A DNA stretch of 64,000 bases. Source: Klebsormidium nitens (lineage: Eukaryota > Plantae > Klebsormidiophyceae). The notes under the pieces were generated by a model. That model was given only the letters and a program-made list of their open reading frames with translations. It searched no databases and was not told where the DNA came from. The stretch lies in the NCBI GenBank assembly GCA_000708835.1, contig DF237306.1:30635-94634 (forward strand). The letters run 5' to 3'. Shown here piece by piece: positions 59,201-64,000 of the stretch. Within the stretch, counting starts at the first letter, position 1; every line of letters begins with the position of its first letter. The position numbers were made by a program, and so were the translations under genes.

Positions 59201-62200
59201 GTCGTTGTTGGAATATCTGACAATTCCTACACCAATGCAAGAGCAGATGAGCGGGTTGAAAACCCCTTTTTAAAACAAAGTCTCAGCCCGAAGGGGCAAA
59301 AGGAACAAACGGCGGTCTAATATCTTGTTCTGGCTGCAGTCGGAGCTTACAGCAAAAGTCGTAAGTCCCACCGCCACTGCCGAGGGACAAAAACTCTCCA
59401 TGCTTGACGTCACGGGGTTTCTAGCTTCGAACACCATCCTTCATCTTCATCTTCTGACAATCGACGATCGACGCAAACGCTGTTCGCGGGGCACTCACTG
59501 CTCGACGAGCGCTTGACAGGTGGCAGCATCTCAGTGGACGGCCCCCGCTTCCGCGAGAGGCTGCCCGGGTCGCTGCTTGCCGCCCGGAGGGGCTCGATCT
59601 TTTGCGCTGACGTCAAACCCTTGAGGGGCTGCGGCCGGCCCCGGTGGCGGGGCTGAGTGAGGGGGACGGTCATGAGGGGAGGGACTGACGGATTTTGCGC
59701 ACCTGCAAAAGTCGCGAAAAATCAGAGCGGGATGAGTGAGGAAAACGGTCATGAGGGGAGGGACTGAGGGATTTTTCGCGCCTGCAAAAGTCGCAAAAGA
59801 TCAGAGCGGGATAAGTGAGGGGGACGGACCGCGGGGTCCGTCCGCCTGAGAAAGAGTCAGAGGGTATGGATTGAGAAACATCTCTTTCTCGGTTCTCCTT
59901 CGCGAAAGTGAGTGAGGGGAACGGTAGAGGGGAGGGACGGATATCGCGCGTTACATCGCGATTTTAGAAGTAACAGTCGTCGTTTACGTCCGGGACGGTA
60001 GCATGTCAATTCAGGAGGGCAAAGCTGAGTGCGAACAAGGTGAGATGTCAATCCTCGAGAAGAGTTCCAAAGATCAGTTTCAACCCTCACCCGCGTTGCC
60101 TGAAGCGCCCTCTGATTGCGTAATGGAGCTTGGGAAAGGCGAGTCCGGCAACTGCGCGTCTAGCAGTTCTCGCAACCGTGGGGATAGGTACGACAGGGGG
60201 CTCTGGTGAGGGGACTGCCGGCTGCCGCGGATCGGTACCGTGGTTTGTTGGTTGGTTCGGTTGACCAGCCTGGCGGAACGAAAGCGTTGCAATAACTTAG
60301 CTGAGGTGCAAAAAGATGCATTGCTTCCTGGTGCCAAAGAAAGACATCTGCGGCAGCTTCAAATAACGTACTCCAGAGCAAGACAAGTGCATCAGGCCAG
60401 TTTCAGAGAAGGAATCTGAAATAATGAGTACACCAGTTAAAACACCATTTTGCACCCTAGCTCCGCACTGACCTGCTTTTCGAGTTCAGATTCAGTCTCA
60501 GTTCAGTATAGAGGATCCTGCAGAGCAATCCGCACCATCGATTGTACCAGGTGTTGACTCGAATTTCAGACCCATCATCCTTTCTTTTCACCAAATATAT
60601 AACTCTAGAATCTACTACCCTGTTCGTCCACCAGTCATCAGGTTTCGAAAGCTGCTGCCCATCTCAAACCCACCTCTTAAGCTCTTCAGCCATGTCCGGC
60701 GGCCGCTCCTTCTCCGGTTGCCCGTTATTTACATCGCCCGGCCCCTTACTCACACCCGCTTGTTCCGTTTTCACACCGTTTTCTTGCGCGGGTCTCGAGG
60801 CGGCCGCGTTTTCGGCCGCTGCCTTTGCCCAAACCACCGCAGGATCCACCTTCCCCTCGTCAATTGCTTTCATAACGTTATCTGCGGAGTACCCTTTTTG
60901 TTCAACCAGCTTACGCAGCTCAAATGACCGGCTCCGGGTGTAACGGATTGCCGGAGAGGGCGCCTTTGGTTGCGGCCGAGCTGCGTTTGCTACAGGTCCC
61001 CCGTTTTGAGCCCCCTCTTCTCTGCAGGTTAGGAAAATAACCGGGTTAGGAATCATGCAGTTTCGTTGTAGGCCTTTGAAGTGTCAGATTGATGTTGGGT
61101 GGATCACACTGCCTGGCTTGCAGTCGCTTTTGACATTCAGGACCAGAGACCTGGTGGTGGTCTAGAACTGACGATCTCAATGCACAGGTGTTCAACAGAG
61201 TGCCTTAAGATAACTCCTAAAGCAACCGCTGTTTATGGATTGGGCGATATTGAGCAACCGACTTGTTGGAACAGGTTTGCTCCAATGCGTGAAGCCGGCA
61301 AGAACCGACTTTCGCAGATTGAGCATGCCCCACAACAATGTAACGAAACCTGAAAGGAAGCCAGCACTCGCATGCGCAAAGGTTCTATCTCCATTCCACT
61401 CACACTTCTCTTTCCAAACAAGCAACAAGTCGCAGCCTTCCTTGCTTGAAGAGCAACAAAAGACCTGAACGAGGTTTGCTCTCACTTCTTCGGCGTGGGG
61501 GTGTTTCCCAGCTTATCCCAGTCAAAGAGGCTCGAAAGGAACGTATCCGTTGCGGCAGGATTCCCGTTGTCAACGTTACCATTGTCAACGTCCCCCATGC
61601 TGACATCAGCGGAGGCCGGGGGCTGCGTTTGCTCGACGCTCCCGTTGATGCCCTCCTCGGTGTCGATCCTGGCAGCAAAAACAGTGTACGTTTGAGTACC
61701 CAAATGAGCAAGACTAAGAGGGAGAAGATGGAGTCCGACTGATCGCAGCATGTAGTCAGTTTGAGGATACTTTCGCATGGTTTGGGGAGGAAGTGAGTGG
61801 CTCTTCAGAACACCCATGATACATGCGAAAGACGGCTGGTTTGCAAGTCGTGCGCAGGGCAGAGACATTCGCAAAACAGAGAGCAAAGGGCTATATCTGA
61901 GAAGACGTTATTCCGCAAAACCGTGTTGTATGCCTCGAGAAAGGCTCACTAAACGTGCAAGCCAGAGAGAATTTTATTCTGAACATGGTTTCATCACATC
62001 GTCAAGTTGGAACAAGCACGGCTGACAATCAGGTTAAGCAACACCACCTCAGGTTGATTGCTACAAAACATTCACAAAGCTTTCAGGAACCTCAGGCGAC
62101 AACAAACAGAATCTAGGGCTTACATGGTTGCGTCCGTGTCAGGCCGTTGGGGGGGGAAGCTTGCATGGGCATCAAACAAGCTTGGCAACTGCAAGAAAGC

Positions 62201-63218
62201 ATACTTGCGATTAAAGGTAACAGAAGACGAAGGGATCTGACGAAGGGATCTGTCAAGGGATATCTCAGACTCGCGTACAAGGGTTTATCAGGCAGGGAGA
62301 TATTCTTGGCATTGCATGAGGATGCTGGAGGTGCTTTCTGCGGAATCATTCTCTTACAAAATCATGTGCGCAGGGGCTTCAAATATACTGTTAAACGAGC
62401 TGCTGAGGTGGAGACTTGAAACCAACGACCACATTGCAGCCCCTTTCAGAAGTTGGACATGAACTAATAGCTATTGAACCATTCAGGGCATGTTGACAAG
62501 GAGAACTCAGAAGCCTTGCAGTGTAGTATATTTTGTCTGGGTCAGAATTTACAACCCATGCCTGCATTTCTGAGCAAAACGCTTCTTTCTTCACATAGGG
62601 CAGACCTTTGAGAACCAAGTGCTCATGCTCTGGATAGAGCTCTCATGCCAGCATTGAATGCTACAAGCAATCAGCAAACCCGAAATTTTAGGGTTTCCTA
62701 TGACCCCGTTCTTAAAAACTCAACCGCATCTTTATTTCAAGTCGTCTAGTGGCATCTCTGCATACACTGTACGTTTGCAAGCATGTCACATCAACCTCTC
62801 CTGTCCGTGTTTGGACCTTCTTTTGACAGTTCAGCTTCAAGCTTTGAAAATGAACCCAGTCTGTCAAACTCACCTCCTCCCCCAACCCCCCCGGGAGGGA
62901 CCACTCGCCCTTTGCAATCATGTCGCCCCACTTTGGAGAGGGCCCGATGTCACTTAGAAACTCTGAAACACCCTCCCGGTTGTCCAGAGCCCCGGGAGAG
63001 GGCAGCGTAGCCTCCCCGAACGACGTCAACAACTCCGTGTCGCTTTGAACATTTCTGACCTCCTCAAGTTTCAGAGCATGGTTGTTGCGGAGAGCAGGAC
63101 CGGTGTGCAAGGCTTCTAAACTAGAGGCGGTTTTTTTGCCGCTGAGGCTGCGGGTGAAGGGGCGATTCTCCAGGAAGCTGGCCACCATGCTTCCGGAAAT
63201 GACCATCCCCGACGACAT
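56288..63218 (-). CDS. Long low-complexity, probably disordered protein with a C-terminal coiled coil; function unknown
   Basis: Phase-consistent exons 61668-61486, 61021-60674, 60269-60091, 59702-59499, 58390-58225, 57096-56917 and 56390-56288 (ending QLEEENRGLKQYLTFLNKKDGLQTKLIEQLEQQLMRVTEERDKL..KKR*). The probable first exon starts at ATG 63218, but its connection to 61668 is unresolved. Confidence 0.75.
57050..57552 (-). repeat. Junction echo array (period ~135-155 bp, 4 copies) of the acceptor plus start of exon 57096-56917
   Basis: On the + strand, GCGGTTGAGGAGTCCTGCATTCGG and variants occur at ~57083 (real), ~57236, ~57391 and ~57527. The intervening intron sequence (TTGTTAGTTGGA..CTCTAA.CCCATCT..ATACAGCAGGAG.TAT.AAAGGGTGCGCG) is also repeated. 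Confidence 0.9.
58298..58690 (-). repeat. Junction echo array (period ~153 bp, 3 copies) of the acceptor plus first ~93 nt of exon 58390-58225
   Basis: 58298-58390 versus 58451-58543 show 6 differences in 93 nt, all transitions. A more degenerate third copy lies at ~58604-58690. Confidence 0.92.
59654..59827 (-). repeat. Junction echo (79-bp period, ~2.2 copies) spanning the acceptor of exon 59702-59499
   Basis: The unit TGAGTGAGGGGGACGGTCATGAGGGGAGGGACTGACGGATTTTGCGCACCTGCAAAAGTCGCGAAAAATCAGAGCGGGA occurs at 59654-59732 and is repeated at 59733-59811, with a partial copy to 59827. Confidence 0.9.
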
Positions 63219-63603
63219 ACTGAGCCGCCAAATTCGCTTGCCCCCTCTAGTTGTTTTTGCAGCTCAGCAAGCTATTTCCTTCACTTACCTCCAAACGGCT
63301 GCAACAATAAGGCTGCCAATGCAAGAGCACAGAGACTGGGCAGCTGAAAAGCGTCTTCATCCAAGCACGTCAAAAAGCTGCAGCCCTTTCAACAGCCTTG
63401 AAACAGAGTTTGCACCACGCAAACTGCGACACTGCCTACTGAACTTCTTTTCACACACGAACCCCTGACGACCAGAAGAATGGCGTCTCTAACCACGTTC
63501 GAAGCTCTTGACATTGTGTTCCAACTTCAAGGTTTCCAATTCGCGTCCGTCAAGCAGCCCACTCACCTGCTACAGTCTCGGTGTAATACCTGCCTGTGCA
63601 CAG

Positions 63604-63657
63604 GTACCTACTAGGTACGGTAGGTACGCCGTACGGTACCTAGTACGAAACTTGTAC
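63604..63657. promoter_or_regulatory. Palindromic cluster of seven GTAC motifs
   Basis: GTAC at 63604, 63615, 63624, 63631, 63636, 63643 and 63654, with inverted arms CTAGGTAC...GTACCTAG. The regulatory role is inferred. Confidence 0.5.
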
Positions 63658-63685
63658 CTTGAGATATGTCATGACGTGTATCCAC

Positions 63686-63860
63686 TGGGGGCCCGCCACC
63701 AGCCATTATCGCCCCCAATGGCCGATATCGTCCCCCAATAGGAGGGGCTTGGGGGCCCAACGGGCCCCCAATGCACGAGTTGAGGGGGCCCGACGGGCCT
63801 CCAAAGAGCATCGTTAAGGGGCCCTGTTGCCTCCATACTTCAGTGTGAGGGGGCCCAATA
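63686..63860. repeat. Cluster of six GGGCCC motifs
   Basis: GGGCCC at ~63689, 63753, 63762, 63786, 63819 and 63851. Confidence 0.7.
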
Positions 63861-64000
63861 TTACTATGTATTCTACTCATATGTGACTTGCGATGAATAT
63901 TGCGTGTACAAATGTGTAATTGATTATCCTCGATTCGTCTACTAGGGGGGTTCTGTCGGAAGACTGATGTATTGAACTAGAAATGCCACCGGATCACCGA

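Noticed and set aside
56993-59827. Tandem arrays considered as CRISPR-like repeat-spacer structures
   Set aside because: The context is eukaryotic, the whole unit is repeated with no unique spacers, there are no cas genes, and the units derive from adjacent exon junctions.

Overview
This is an intron-rich eukaryotic window (mostly GT-AG introns, a few GC-AG) with plant-type housekeeping genes. It most resembles a charophyte green alga such as Klebsormidium; that assignment is an inference, not verified. I reconstructed exon chains by hand using splice sites and reading-frame phase. Genes in order: MLH1 (-, cut off at the left edge), CBP20/NCBP2 (+), an AhpC/TSA-like WCxxC thioredoxin-fold protein (+), GNA1 (-) head-to-head with purD/GARS (+), a tandem array of three intronless orphan single-TM genes (two frameshifted) each preceded by a conserved ABRE/G-box module, a 16-exon UDP-sugar pyrophosphorylase (-), a small intronless gene (-), a secreted two-domain alpha/beta-hydrolase with one apparently dead and one complete domain (+), a three-EGF single-pass membrane protein (+), and a long disordered coiled-coil protein (-). 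Upstream of the last gene are dense GTAC and GGGCCC clusters. The most unusual signals are (i) recurrent 'junction echo' repeats, i.e. degenerate tandem copies of an exon edge plus its splice site inside the adjacent intron, seen in at least 6 genes, and (ii) the ABRE-headed orphan membrane-protein array. No rRNA, tRNA, CRISPR array or intact transposase was recognised. No database searches or computations could be run.
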